A stretch of 64,000 nt of DNA from Takakia lepidozioides (taxonomy: Eukaryota; Plantae; Bryophyta). The number at the start of each line of letters is the position of its first letter. The stretch's first letter is position 1. Positions 1 to 12,953 of the stretch are shown here, in pieces. A program made the position numbers and the translations under genes. The stretch lies in assembly GCA_030704615.1 (NCBI GenBank), contig CM060732.1:82646001-82710000 (forward strand). Direction: 5' to 3'. Under the pieces are notes generated by a model. The model ran no database searches. It saw only the letters and a program-made list of their open reading frames with translations, and was not told the origin of the DNA.

Positions 1-552
1 GACTAGGAGAATTCCCTTTGGTAGATGGCAGTCCGGAACAGTCTCCCCACTCTTTGGTCGCTTTCCGGTTCGCTCGCTTACTCACTAGTTTTTGGTCACC
101 AACGGGCTTGCACCGTTCTCGGGTTACTACTCCCTATATATACTTCTGTAGGTTGTCCGCGGGGGTTTCATAACCAGCCATGCCATTTTATGGCGAACCA
201 CCACGAAAACCTCGACTCCCTTGATGAGTCGCGGTGAGTCTTGGCCCACTCACCACGGCCCCTATGGACCGTGATGAGTCCCAAGACTCCCCACGACTCC
301 CACCACGAGGTCTCCGCCCCATGGTGAGTCCTATGCCACCCCCACTAAGTCCCGCTAAGCTACCACCACCCTTGTGGAGCCACCCCCCCACCGCAACCCG
401 GTGTGCGGGGCTCCACCTAGTGAGCGCCTCCGCTTCCCTGAGTGCCTTGGGCACTCAAGGGTGCTTCAGCCTCCCATACCTATCGCTGCCGCCGCTGCCC
501 CCACCACAGGGCACCCCTCATGTGTCCCGACCCCCTGCCCTCAGGCCCGCCA
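1..552 (-). repeat. LTR copy 1 (truncated by the window edge; terminus has small deletions)
   Basis: Matches 6188-6744 and 12398-12953; PPT-like CCCCCCTACC follows on the + strand. Confidence 0.9.
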
Positions 553-1379
553 CCCCCCTACCAACAGGGAGTCGGTGTCCTCATCGACTTGTCCATTTTG
601 TAGAAACGAACATCCAAGTTGTGGCGTCCCACATCAAGGAGTTTGTTTCCGTACCATGGCGTCCCATGGCAAAGAACCAAACCCCACACTTGACTCTACT
701 CTCCACTAGCTAGTTCGGCCGACTTCCTCCAAGTCCCGCCAAGGGTGGCCTCTCTCTCCTCCCAGTGCACTCTTCTTGGCCTACTTCAAGGCCAAGGAAC
801 GATCCTCCCCGAGGATCGAATCGCCTTACTGCAACAACATTGCTTGCGACCGCTCATGATGCCGCTTTTGGCATCACCTTGAGCAAGGGTTCACCTGGAA
901 CCCTCTTTGACTAGGAAGATAACCTTGAACAACCGTGCGCCCCAATCACTACAATTGGGTCCGCCTTGGAATGCTGGCCTGAGGTACGGGAACACGTCGA
1001 AGCCGCACTACGGCTTCGTCCCGAGGCTACACGATTATAGTACGTGAACAGAAGCACGCAGCTTCCGCGTTAACCCGCACTAAGGCAACCCCCTCGGTAG
1101 CGCAGTTATAGTACGCGCACCGCCAGGTGCGCACTAGCACGTGAACTCCCAAAGCGCAAGTTTCCTTGCCCCTTGGATGGCACCCGATTTCGGCACTACG
1201 CAACCCATTTACCAATTTACCTCTCCCACTTTTGTAAGCTAGCATGCATTCTACACACTAGCCAACCACACCCATGCATCACCATTCCAAACAAAATAGA
1301 CGTACAAATTTGGAACCCATTTCCTTTATAACAAATTTTTGTACAATACAAGTTTTTGCAATCGGATTCCTAAGCTAGC

Positions 1380-4300
1380 TAACCGGGCTAAGCATGCATT
1401 TCCTCCCCCACGCTCCTCCAAGGTTGATGTCCCCCTCAACGCTTCTTCCTTTTTTAGGTCGCCCTTCGAAAGCTGCAACCGCCTCGGATGCGTTTCCCAT
1501 TTCTGAGGCACGCACCCAAGATGCCTCCACAAGATGATAGCCTTCCATTTGACGAGATACTCCGTTTCTCGGTTCTTGAACCTCCTCGACTTAAGTATTG
1601 CCTCCACCTCGTACTCAGGTTCATTTTCATGATCCAACAGCATAGGTGGCGGACGCAACACTTGATGCCGATTCGGACGCGCTTCATCTTTGAAGTAAGG
1701 CTTCAAAAGGGAGACATGGAATACTGGGTGCACCTTGCTGTTTGCCGGCAGCTCCAATTCATACACATCCTCATTCATAACCTTCCGAATGCGAAAGGTC
1801 CCGCATACGGAGGTACAACTTCGGACTCACTTCCGGAGGTAGTCGGAAATTCTTGATGTTCAACCAGACCTCGTGCCTGCCTCAAACTTCACTTCCCTCC
1901 GCTTCCGATTCGCCTGCCTTTCATACCGTTTCCTAGCTTTGGCAATGTTGTACTTTGCGAGCTTCAACAAACGCTCGCGTTCTTCCAGTACCGCCGCTAC
2001 TGCGGTTCCTCAACGTCATGGCGCCCAACTTGTCGGCACCAGAGGTGCTTTTCCATAGACCAATACGAAAGGGGAAACTCCCGTTGCGGAGTGTTCTGTG
2101 TTATTATAACAGAACTCTGCCGCGTCTAAGTGTTCCACCCAGTCTGTTTGGTCTGCCGACACGTAATTCCGCAAGATCTGCTTCACTACGGAATTCACTC
2201 TTTCTGTTTGGCCGTCGGTCGTAGGTCGGAAGGCGGTGCTCATCTTCAGCCTCGTCCCCATCTTCTTCCAAAGTGCTCTCCAATTTACTCGTAAACTTTG
2301 GATCGCGGTCCGAGACAATATCCTTCGGACTCCATGATGCTTTAAGACGTGGGCGAAGTAAAGTCGCCCTGTCTCCTGCGCCGTTGCCGTCTCCTTGGTG
2401 GGGATGAAATGGCCCATTTTACTGAACCTATCCACCACCACCATGATTGCATCGAATCCTTTTGACAGCGGCATAGCAGTCATGAAATCCATCGAGACGC
2501 TTTCCCAAGTCCCTCTGGAATCGGCAAGGGTTGTAACAGCCCCGCTTGCTTTTTGTACTCGCTCCGGTTTTGTTGGCATGTGGTGCATGTCTTGACATAC
2601 TCCTCTGCCTCCTCCCTCAGTTTGGGCCAGAAATACTTTTTTCTTCAAGAGTGCCGCAGTGCGCTTGGCTCCGCCGTGGCCCGCAAGCGGGCTATCATGG
2701 CATTCTCTCAAGAGGCTATCTCTGATCCCTCCCTTCGGCACGTAGAGACGCTTTGCTTATACCGGAGCAGTCCATTTTGCAAGTGGAACTGCGATTTAAC
2801 CCCCATTCTCAAGTCCTGCATCACGGACTTTGCCAGCTCATCCTTCCGGCAAGCCTTCCGGATCTTCCTTTGGAGCGCCGTCTCGCCCTTGTACACCAAC
2901 AAGAGCTGCTGCTTTCTACTTAAAGCATCGGCCACCACGTTGTCTCGTCCCGGTTTGTACTGGATATCCACGTCGAACACCGCCAAAGTATCTTGCCACC
3001 TAAGTTGTTTTGGGGACAACTTGGGCTGCGTGGCAAAATACTTCACCGTGACATTGTCCGTGAACCTTCACTGGGTTGGAACCAACATAGTGGCGCCAAG
3101 CTCAAGACGTGCACCACCGCCTTCATCTCTTTCTCGTGCGTCGGCCACCGTCGCTCCACTTCATTCAGTTTCTTACTTTCGTAAGCCACTGGACGTCCAT
3201 CTTGCATCAGTACACCCCCAATCGCGAAGTCCGACGCATCTGTATGTATCTCAAACGGACGATCGAACTCCGGGATTTTCAAGACTGGAGCTTCCGCCAT
3301 CCGCTGCTTCAATTCAGCAAAAGCTTGGCCACAAAAGTGTTTCCATGCCCAGACTTTGATTTACACAGAAGGTCCGACAGCGGCCCCATCTTGGCGAATT
3401 TCTTTCTCACATACTTCCGGTAATAGGAGGCGAGTCCTAGGAAGGATCGCACTCCCGGGACCGAAGTCGGAGGCTCCCAGTCCAAGATCGCCCTCACCTT
3501 TCTGTCATCCATTTTGATCCCATCCTGTGTAATCACATGCCCCAGAACTCCACTTTTGTGACCCCGAATTCGCACTTTGAAGCTTTGGCATACAGCTTCC
3601 CTTCTCGCAATTTGGAACACCCTTTTGAGGTGCTCCAGGTGCTCCTCCTTTGTTTTCGAGTACACCAAGATGTCGTCGATGTACACGATCACAAAGTCAT
3701 CCAACCACTCCTGAAAAGGCTGTTCATCAGCGTGCTAAAGGTCGCTGGTGCATTGGTGAGCCCAAAAGGCATCACCAAGAACTCATATGAACCATACCTT
3801 GTCCTGCACGCGGTCTTCTCCTCATCTCCTTCCGCCACCCGAATTTGATGATAGCCGGAGCGCAAGTCGATCCGGCTGAAATACTTCGCTCCTCCTGCCA
3901 ACCGATCGAAGAGGTCGTCGATCCTTGGCAAAGGGTACCGGTTTTTTGATAGTCACCTTATTCAGAGCCCTGTAATCGACACACATCCGCAGCGTCCCAT
4001 CCTTCTTGTCTGCGAATAGCACCGGGGCTCCGTAAGGTGACTTACTCGGCCGGATGTACCCCTTTGACATTAGATCCTTGAGCTGAGTCTTCAGCTCGAC
4101 CAACTCCCTGTGGCTCAACCGGTAGGGCGCCTTGGCAGGCGGTTCCGATCCCGGTATCACCTCAATCTTGTGGTCAACTCCTCTTCGCGGTGGCAGCCGC
4201 TTGGTAAATCCTCCGGCATCACATCCTGGTATTTCTCCAAAATCCCCTGATCCAATCTGGGCTCGGCTCCCCATCGCCTTCTCCCTTCACTTCTCTAATG

Positions 4301-5968
4301 TAAAGCAAAAACTGGGGTTCGTGTGCCTCCTCCACGGCCCACTCCCTTGCTGACAGAAGGTTTATTCGCCCTCCCACGGATTTGGGCGTTTCCGACACTC
4401 GTAAGACCTCGCCACCATTCCCACATGGCAGCGTGACTACTCTCTTGCGGCCATCTATGACCGCTCCGGATTTGCTCAAAAGGTCATCCCCAAAATGAGA
4501 TCCACTCCATCGATCTCGCAGATGGTGAAGTTCTCACGTCCCTCCCAACTCCCCAGTTGAAGAGGAACATCAAACGCCAACCTTGTCGCCAACTGTGGTT
4601 CTCCTTTGGCAGAACGCACCTCAATAGAGGCCCCCACGTCACTTGTCGGAAGTCCCAGCTTTTGTGCCGTTGCCGGTGTCATGAAGGAGTGCGACGCTCC
4701 TGTGTCCACCAACAACGACACATTAGTTCCGGATATTATCCCATCCACGAACAATAACTGACTCCCTTTTCGTAAGGCGCCAGTTTCCTGATACAACTCA
4801 CAAGAAAATTGCCTACCTTGCAAGTCCTGGCGACCACCGCTTCCACCAAGCGACTGATGGTATCTTCCGACAGCTCCGTGGTCGCCCGAGTCATGTTCAA
4901 TTGTCGGGGCTTCGTGCACTTCTTGGCCATGTGCCCGGGCTCCCCGCAATTGAAACACACTCCATCAAAGGTCGCCTTCTGTCCGCCATAAGCCGCTCCA
5001 CCCTTTTCCTTTCGAAGCACCGGGTGCCGCCTTGACGTGTGAAGGCCCTCCCTTCGATTTCCACGTGCCATTGTCGCCGCGTGGCCTATCCCACTTCTTT
5101 TCCGGTCGGAAGGAGTCACCTTCCCGCCGGGTCTTCTTGTGGTTCAGCTCCGTACGGCCTTGTCTCTCACCCCTAGGGACATCCGAGAAACATTCAGCCC
5201 TCTCAATTGCCTCGTTCAAAGTCTTGGGTGGCTTCTCCTCCAACTTCCGCCTGGCCCATGGGGCCAGTCCCGCCACAAAGTTGAAGACCATTTCTGGTTC
5301 TGCCATGTCCGCGACTTCGAGCAACAGCACATTGAAAGCCTGGACATACCCCCGAATGTCATCTGTTTGCTTCAAATTCCTCATCTTGTCCCGGGCAAGC
5401 CAGGACCGTTGGGGCACAAACTGTCTCTTCATCAATTCCTTGAACCCACTCCAGTTCAAGGTTTCCGGGCTTGGGCCTCGGTCGTGAAGGCGTTTCTGCC
5501 ACCATTGTTGAGCATAGCCCTCAAATAGGTGGGAGCCACTTCCACCCGATCCTCGTCACTCAACTTGGCCGCCCGAAAGTACTGCTCTAGCTCCAGAGCC
5601 AGGTGTTGAGTGCCTTCCGATTTCGACGCCCTCGAAGGTGCCGGGTTCCTTAGGCTTCACCTTAAACTTTGCCTTAGCGGAAGTGGCATTAGCCGCCTTC
5701 AACACGTCTTTCAACGTCCCCCAAACTGCGCCAACAACCCTTCCCAAAAGGCTGCCGGCATGGGAGGCATCTCTTGGTTTGTCGGAGCTCTCAAGGATTC
5801 CTCGGGCTCCGACTCCTCGGATTCCTCCCGCTCTTGAGCGGCCTCGTTTTCGGAAACATGCATCGCTTCCTCAAACGGCCGCCTCGGTGACACGTCGCCC
5901 CCATCGGGCTCACCGGGATCATCATCTTTTGGGCCGTTCCGCTTTCGCTTCGGCTTGCCCGACCCCAT
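1380..5968 (-). CDS. gag-pol polyprotein, copy 1 (frameshifted in this assembly)
   Basis: Zinc knuckle [14 protein letters not shown]; protease [10 protein letters not shown]; RT YIDD; RNase H; integrase HHCC and GQTERVN; chromodomain YEVEAIL..YLVKWK. Confidence 0.9.
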
Positions 5969-6009
5969 GATGAGGCCAATCCCAAGGACGATCGCGTACT
6001 GAACTCTAA

Positions 6010-6021
6010 GCTCTGATACCA
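6010..6021 (-). promoter_or_regulatory. Primer binding site (tRNA-iMet)
   Basis: TGGTATCAGAGC on the - strand, 2 nt after the LTR end; second copy at 12221-12231 has a 1-nt deletion. Confidence 0.95.
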
Positions 6022-6023
6022 AG

Positions 6024-6744
6024 TGTCGCGCACCTCACTTCGGTAAGCTCCCCTTCAAGTCATAGTTACTCGCTTTGATGCGCGCGCCTGACTCCCAACC
6101 TGGCCGCCGGGCCAACTTGGAGCTTCGGCTGCTCACCGGGACATAACGGTCCCCCTTCGCTTCCCTCTAAACCCTCCACCTATTTGGGACTAGGAGAATT
6201 CCCTTTGGTAGATGGCAGTCCGGAACAGCTCCCCACTCTTTGGTCGCTTTCCGGCTCGCTCGCTTACTCACTAGTTTTTGGTCACCAACGGGCTTGCACC
6301 GTTCTCGGGGTTACTACTCCCTATATATACTTCTGTAGCTGTCCGCGGGGGTTTCATAACCAGCCATGCCATTTTATGGCGAACCACCACGAAAACCCTC
6401 GACTCCGGTGATGAGTCGCGGTGAGTCTTGGCCCACTCACCACGGCCCCTATGGACCGTGATGAGTCCCAAGACTCCCCACGACTCCCACCACGAGGTCT
6501 CCGCCCCCATGGTGAGTCCTATGCCACCCCCACTAAGTCCCGCTAAGCTACCACCACCCCTTGTGGAGCCACCCCCACCGCAACCCGGTGTGCGGGGCTC
6601 CACCTAGTGAGCGCCTCCGCTTCCTGAGTGCCTTGGGCACTCAAGGGTGCTTCAGCCCCCATACCTATCGCTGCCGCTGCCCCCACCACAGGGGCAGCCC
6701 CTCATGTGTCCCGACCCCTGCCCTCAAGGCAAAGGGCCGCGACA
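6024..6744 (-). repeat. LTR copy 2 (shared central LTR, 721 bp)
   Basis: Inverted termini TGTCGCG...CGCGACA; PBS on one side and PPT (about 6745-6757) on the other; TATATATA at about 6322. Confidence 0.95.
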
Positions 6745-7586
6745 CACACCCCTACCAACAGGGAGTCGATGTCCTCATCGACTTGTCCATTTTGTAGAAA
6801 CGAACATCCAAGTTGTGGCGTCCCACATCAAGGAGTTTGTTTCCGTACCATGGCGTCCCATGGCAAAGAACCAAACCCCACACTTGACTCTACTCTCCAC
6901 TAGCTAGTTCGGCCGACTTCCTCCAAGTCCCGCCAAGGGTGGAGCCTCTCCAGCTCCTCCCAGTGCACTCTTCTTGGCCTACTTCAAGGCCAAGGAACGA
7001 TCCTCCCCGAGGATCGAATCGCCTTACTGCAACAACATTGCTTGCGACCGCTCATGATGCCGCTTTTGGCATCACCTTGAGCAAGGGTTCACCTGGAACC
7101 CTCTTTGACTAGGAAGATAACCTTGAACCAAACCGTGCGCCCCAATCACTACAATTGGGTCCGCCTTGGAATGCTGGCCTGAGGTACGGGAACACGCGAA
7201 GCCGCACTACGACTTCGTCCCGAGGCTACACGATTATAGTACGTGAACGGAAGCACGTAGCTTCCGCGTTAGCCCGCACTACAAGGCAACCCCCTCGGTA
7301 GCGCAGTTATAGTACGCGCACGCGCCAGGTGCGCACTAGCACGTGAACTCCCAAAGAAGGCGCAAGTTTCCTTGCCCCTTGGATGGGGTCACCCGATTTC
7401 GGCACTACGCAAACACACGATTAACCCAATTTACCTCTCCCACTTTTGTAAGCTAGCATGCATTCTACACACTAGCCAACCACACCATGCATCACCATTC
7501 CAAACAAAATAGGACGCACAAATTTGGAACCCATTTCCTTTATAACAAATTTTTGTACAATACAAGTTTTTGCAATCGGATTCAAG

Positions 7587-10500
7587 CTAGCTAAGCCGGG
7601 CTAAGCATGCATTTCCTCCCCCACGCTCCAAGGTTGATGTCCCCATCAACGCTTCTTCCCGCTTTTGAGGTCGCCCTTCGAAAGCTGCAACCGCCTCGGA
7701 TGCGTTTCCCATTTCTGAGGCACGCACCCAAGATGCCTCCACATGATGATAGCCCTTCCATTTGACGAGATACTCCGTTTCTCGGTTCTTGAACCTCCTC
7801 GACTTAAGTATTGCCTCCACCTCGTACTCAGGTTCATTTTCATGATCCAACAGCATAGGTGGCGGACGCAACACTTGATGCCGATTCGGACGCGCTTCAT
7901 CTTTGAAGTAAGGCTTCAAAAGGGAGACATGGAATACTGGGTGCACCTTGCTGTTTGCCGGCAGCTCCAATTCATACACATCCTCATTAACCTTCCGAAT
8001 GCGAAAGGTCCCGCATACGGAGGTACGAACTTCGGACTCACTTCCGGAGGTAGTCGGAAATTCTTGATGTTCAACCAGACCTCTGTGCCTGCCTCAAACT
8101 TCACTTCCCTCCGCTTCCGATTCGCCTGCCTTTCATACCGTTTCCTAGCTTTGGCAATGTTGTACTTTGCGAGCTTCAACAAACGCTCGCGTTCTTCCAG
8201 TACCGCCGCTACTGCCGGTTCCTCAACGTCCTGGGCGGCCCAACTTGTCGGCACCAGAGGTGCTTTTCCATAGACCAATACGAAAGGGGAAACTCCCGTT
8301 GCGGAGTGTTCTGTGTTATTATAACAGAACTCTGCCGCGTCTAAGTGTTCCACCCAGTCTGTTTGGTCTGCCGACACGTAATTCCGCAAGATCTGCTTCA
8401 CTACGGAATTCACTCTTTCCGTTTGGCCGTCGTCGTAGGTCGGAAGGCGGTGCTCATCTTCAGCCTCGTCCCCATCTTCTTCCAAAGTGCTCTCCAAATT
8501 TACTCGTAAACTTTGGATCGCGGTCCGAGACAATATCCTTCGGGACTCCATGATGCTTTAAGACGTGGGCGAAGTAAAGTCGCCCTGTCTCCTGCGCCGT
8601 TGCCGTCTCCTTGGTGGGGATGAATGGCCCATTTTACTGAACCTATCCACCACCATGATTGCATCGAATCCTTTTGACAGCGCATAGCAGTCATGAAATC
8701 CATCGAGACGCTTTCCCAAGTCCCCTCTGGAATCGGCAAGGGTTGTAACAGCCCCGCTTGCTTTTTGTACTCGCTCCGGTTTTGTTGGCATGTGGTGCAT
8801 GTCTTGACATACTCCTCTGCCTCCTCCCTCAGTTGGGCCAGAAATACTCTTTCTTCAAGAGTGCCGCAGTGCGCTTGGCTCCGCCGTGGCCCGCAAGCGG
8901 GCTATCATGGCATTCTCTCAAGAGGCTATCTCTGATCCCTCCCTTCGGCACGTAGAGACGCTTTTGCTTATACCGGAGCAGTCCATTTTGCAAGTGGAAC
9001 TGCGATTTAACCCCATCCTCAAGTCCTGCATCACGGACTTTGCCAGCTCATCCTTCCGGCAAGCCTTCCGGATCTTCCTTTGGAGCGCCGTCTCGCCCTT
9101 GTACACCAACAAGAGCTGCTGCTTTCTACTTAAAGCATCGGCCACCACGTTGTCTCGTCCCGGTTTGTACTGGATATCCACGTCGAACACTGCCAAAGTA
9201 TCTTGCCACCTAAGTTGTTTTGGGGACAACTTGGGCTGCGTGGCAAAATACTTCACCGTGACATTGTCCGTGAACACCTTCACTGGGTTGGAACCAACAT
9301 AGTGGCGCCAGAGCTCAAGACAATGCACCACCGCCTTCATCTCTTTTCGTGCGTCGGCCACCGTCGCTCCACTTCATTCAGTTTCTTACTTTCGTAAGCC
9401 ACTGGACGTCCATCTTGCATAGTACACCCCCAATCGCGAAGTCCGACGCATCTGTATGATCTCAACGGACGATCGAACTCCGGGATTTTCAAGACTGGAG
9501 CTTCCGCCATCCGCTGCTTCAATTCAGCAAAAGCTTGGCCACAAAAGGTGTTCCATGCCCAGACTTTAGATTTACACAGAAGGTCCGACAGCGGCCCCGC
9601 GATCTTGGCGAAATTTCTCACATACTTCCGGTAATAGGAGGCGAGTCCTAGGAAGGATCGCACTCCCGGACCGAAGTCGGAGGCTCCCAGTCCAAGATCG
9701 CCCTCACCTTTCTGTCATCCATTTTGATCCCATCCTGTGTAATCACATGCCCCAAGAACTCCACTTTCGTGACCCCGAATTCGCACTTTGAAGCTTTGGC
9801 ATACAGCTTCCCTTCTCGCAATTTTGGAACACCCTTTTGAGGTGCTCCAGGTGCTCCTCCTTTGTTTTCGAGTACACCAAGATGTCGTCGATGTACACGA
9901 TCACAAAGTCATCCAACCACTCCTGAAAAAGGCTGTTCATCAGCGTGCTAAAGGTCGCTGGTGCATTGGTGAGCCCAAAAGGCATCACCAAGAACTCATA
10001 TGAACCATACCTTGTCCTGCACGCGGTCTTCTCCTCATCTCCTTCCGCCACCCGAATTTGATGATAGCCGGAGCGCAAGTCGATCCGGCTGAAATACTTC
10101 GCTCCTGCCAACCGATCGAAGAGGTCGTCGATCCTTGGCAAAGGGTACCGGTTTTTGATAGTCACCTTATTCAGAGCCCTGTAATCGACACACATCCGCA
10201 GCGTCCCATCCTTCTTGTCTGCGAATAGCACCGGGGCTCCGTAAGGTGACTTACTCGGCCGGATGTACCCCTTTGACATTAGATCCTTGAGCTGAGTCTT
10301 CAGCTCGACCAACTCTCTGTGGCTCAACCGGTAGGGCCTTGGCAGGCGGTTCCGATCCCGGTATCACCTCAATCTTGTGGTCAACTCCTCTTCGCGGTGG
10401 CAACCGCTTGGTAAATCCTCCGGCATCACATCCTGGTATTTCTCCAAATCCCCTTGATCCAATCTGGGCTCGGCTCCCCATCGCCTTCTCCCTTCACTTC

Positions 10501-12179
10501 TCTAATGTAAAGCAAAAACTGGGGTTCGTGTGCCTCCTCCACGGCCCACTCCTGCTGACAGAAGGTTTATTCGCCCTCCCACGGATTTGGGCGTTTCCGA
10601 CACTCGTAAAACCTCGCCACCATTCCCACATGGCAGCGTGACTACTCTCTTGCGGCCATCTATGACCGCTCCGATTTGCTCAAAAAGGTCATCCCCAAAA
10701 TGAGATCCACTCCATCGATCTCGCAGATGGTGAAGTTCTCACGTCCCTCCCAACTCCCCAGTTGAAGAGGAACATCAAACGCCAACCTTGTCGCCAACTG
10801 TGGTTCTCCTTTGGCAGAACGCACCTCAATAGAGGCCCCCACGTCACTTGTCGGGAGTCCCAGCTTTTGTGCCGTTGCCGGTGTCATGAAGGAGTGCGAC
10901 GCTCCTGTGTCCACCAACAACGACACATTAGTTCCGGATATTATCCCATCCACGAACAATAACTGACTCCCTTTTCGTAAGGCGCCAGTTTTCCTGATAC
11001 AACTCACAAGAAAATTTGCCTACCTTGCAAGTCCTGGCGACCACCGCTTCCACCAAGCGACTGATGGTATCTTCCGACAGCTCCGTGGTCGCCCGAGTCA
11101 TGTTCAATTGTCGGGCTTCGTGCACTTTGGCCATGTGCCCGGGCTCCCCGCAATTGAAACACACTCCATCAAAGGTCGCCTTCTGTCCGCCATAAGCCGC
11201 TCCACCCGCTTTTCCTTTCGAAGCACCGGGTGCCGCCTTGACGTGTGAAGGCCCTCCCTTCGATTTCCACGTGCCATTGTCGCCGCGTGGCCTATCCCAC
11301 TTCTTTTCCGGTCGGAAGGAGTCACCTTCCCGCCGGGTCTTCTTGTGGTTCAGCTCCGTACGGCCTTGTCTCTCACCCCTAGGGACATCCGAGAAACATT
11401 CAGCCCTCTCAATTGCCTCGTTCAAAGTCTTGGGTGGCTTCTCCTCCAACTTCCGCCTGGCCCATGGGGCCAGTCCCGCCACAAAGTTGAAGACCATTTC
11501 TGGTTCTGCCATGTCCGCGACTTCGAGCAACAGCACATTGAAAGCCTGGACATACCCCCGAATGTCATCTGTTTGCTTCAAATTCCTCATCTTGTCCCGG
11601 GCAAGCCAGGACGCGTTGAGGGGCACAAACTGTCTCTTCATCAATTCCTTGAACCCACTCCAGTTCAAGGTTTCCGGGCTTGGGCCTCGGTCGTGAAGGC
11701 GTTTCTGCCACCATTGTTGAGCATAGCCCTCAAATAGGTGGGAGCCACTTCCACCCGATCCTCGTCACTCAACTTGGCCGCCCGAAAGTACTGCTCTAGC
11801 TCCAAGAGCCAGGTGTTGAGTGCCTTCCGATTTCGGACGCCCTCGAAGGTGCCGGGTTCCTTAGGCTTCACCTTAAACTTTGCCTTAGTGGAAGTGGCAT
11901 TAGCCGCCTTCAACACGTCTTTCAACGTCCCGCCAAACTGCGCCAACAACCCTTCCCAAAAGGCTGCCGGCATGGGAGGCATCTCTTGGTTTGTCGGAGC
12001 TCTCAAGGATTCCTCGGGCTCCGACTCCTCGGATTCCTCCCGCTCTTGGCGGCCTCGTTTTCGGAAACATGCATCGCTTCCTCAAACGGCCGCCTCGGTG
12101 ACACGCCGCCCCCATCGGGCTCACCGGGATCATCATCTTTTGGGCCGTTCCGCTTTCGCTTCGGCTTGCCCGACCCCAT
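7587..12179 (-). CDS. gag-pol polyprotein, copy 2 (frameshifted in this assembly)
   Basis: Same domains as copy 1; intact chromodomain [34 protein letters not shown]; long RT ORF 9743-10327. Confidence 0.9.
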
Positions 12180-12233
12180 GATGAGGCCAATCCCAAGGAC
12201 GATCGCGTACTGAACTCTAAGCTTGATACCAAG

Positions 12234-12953
12234 TGTCGCGCACCTCACTTCGGTAAGCTCCCCTTCAAGTCATAGTTACTCGCTTTGATGCGCGCGCCTG
12301 ACTCCCAACCTGGCCGCCGGGCCAACTTGGAGCTTCGGCTGCTCACCGGGACATAACGGTCCCCCTTCGCTTCCCTCTAAACCCTCCACCTATTTGGGAC
12401 TAGGAGAATTCCCTTTGGTAGATGGCAGTCCGGAACAGCTCCCCACTCTTTGGTCGCTTTCCGGTTCGCTCGCTTACTCACTAGTTTTTGGTCACCAACG
12501 GGCTTGCACCGTTCTCGGGGTTACTACTCCCTATATATACTTCTGTAGCTGTCCGCGGGGGTTTCATAACCAGCCATGCCATTTTATGGCGAACCACCAC
12601 GAAAACCCTCGACTCCCGGTGATGAGTCGCGGTGAGTCTTGGCCCACTCACCACGGCCCCATGGACCGTGATGAGTCCCAAGACTCCCCACGACTCCCAC
12701 CACGAGGTCTCCGCCCCATGGTGAGTCCTATGCCACCCCCACTAAGTCCCGCTAAGCTACCACCACCACCCCTTGTGGAGCCACCCCCACCGCAACCCGG
12801 TGTGCGGGGCTCCACCTAGTGAGCGCCTCCGCTTCCTGAGTGCCTTGGGCACTCAAGGGTGCTTCAGCCCCCCTATCGCTGCCGCTGCCCCCACCACAGG
12901 GGCAGCCCCTCATGTGTCCCGACCCCCTGCCCTCAAGGCAAAGGGCCGCGACA
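12234..12953 (-). repeat. LTR copy 3 (5' LTR of the array, 720 bp)
   Basis: TGTCGCG...CGCGACA termini; unique sequence AAAAT follows and is the candidate TSD. Confidence 0.95.

Larger units (their letters stand above)
1..12953 (-). mobile_element. Tandem Ty3/gypsy chromovirus (Galadriel-like) LTR retrotransposon, LTR-internal-LTR-internal-LTR; continues left of the window
   Basis: Two near-identical ~6.2-kb units and three LTR copies. Domain order gag-PR-RT-RH-INT-chromodomain on the - strand. tRNA-iMet PBS and PPT in each unit. Gag ([15 protein letters not shown]) and RNase H ([21 protein letters not shown]) motifs resemble the Galadriel clade; lineage judged from recall. Confidence 0.95.

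Noticed and set aside
10960-11030. Programmed frameshift between gag and pol
   Set aside because: The two copies shift at different bases and the third fragment is in frame.
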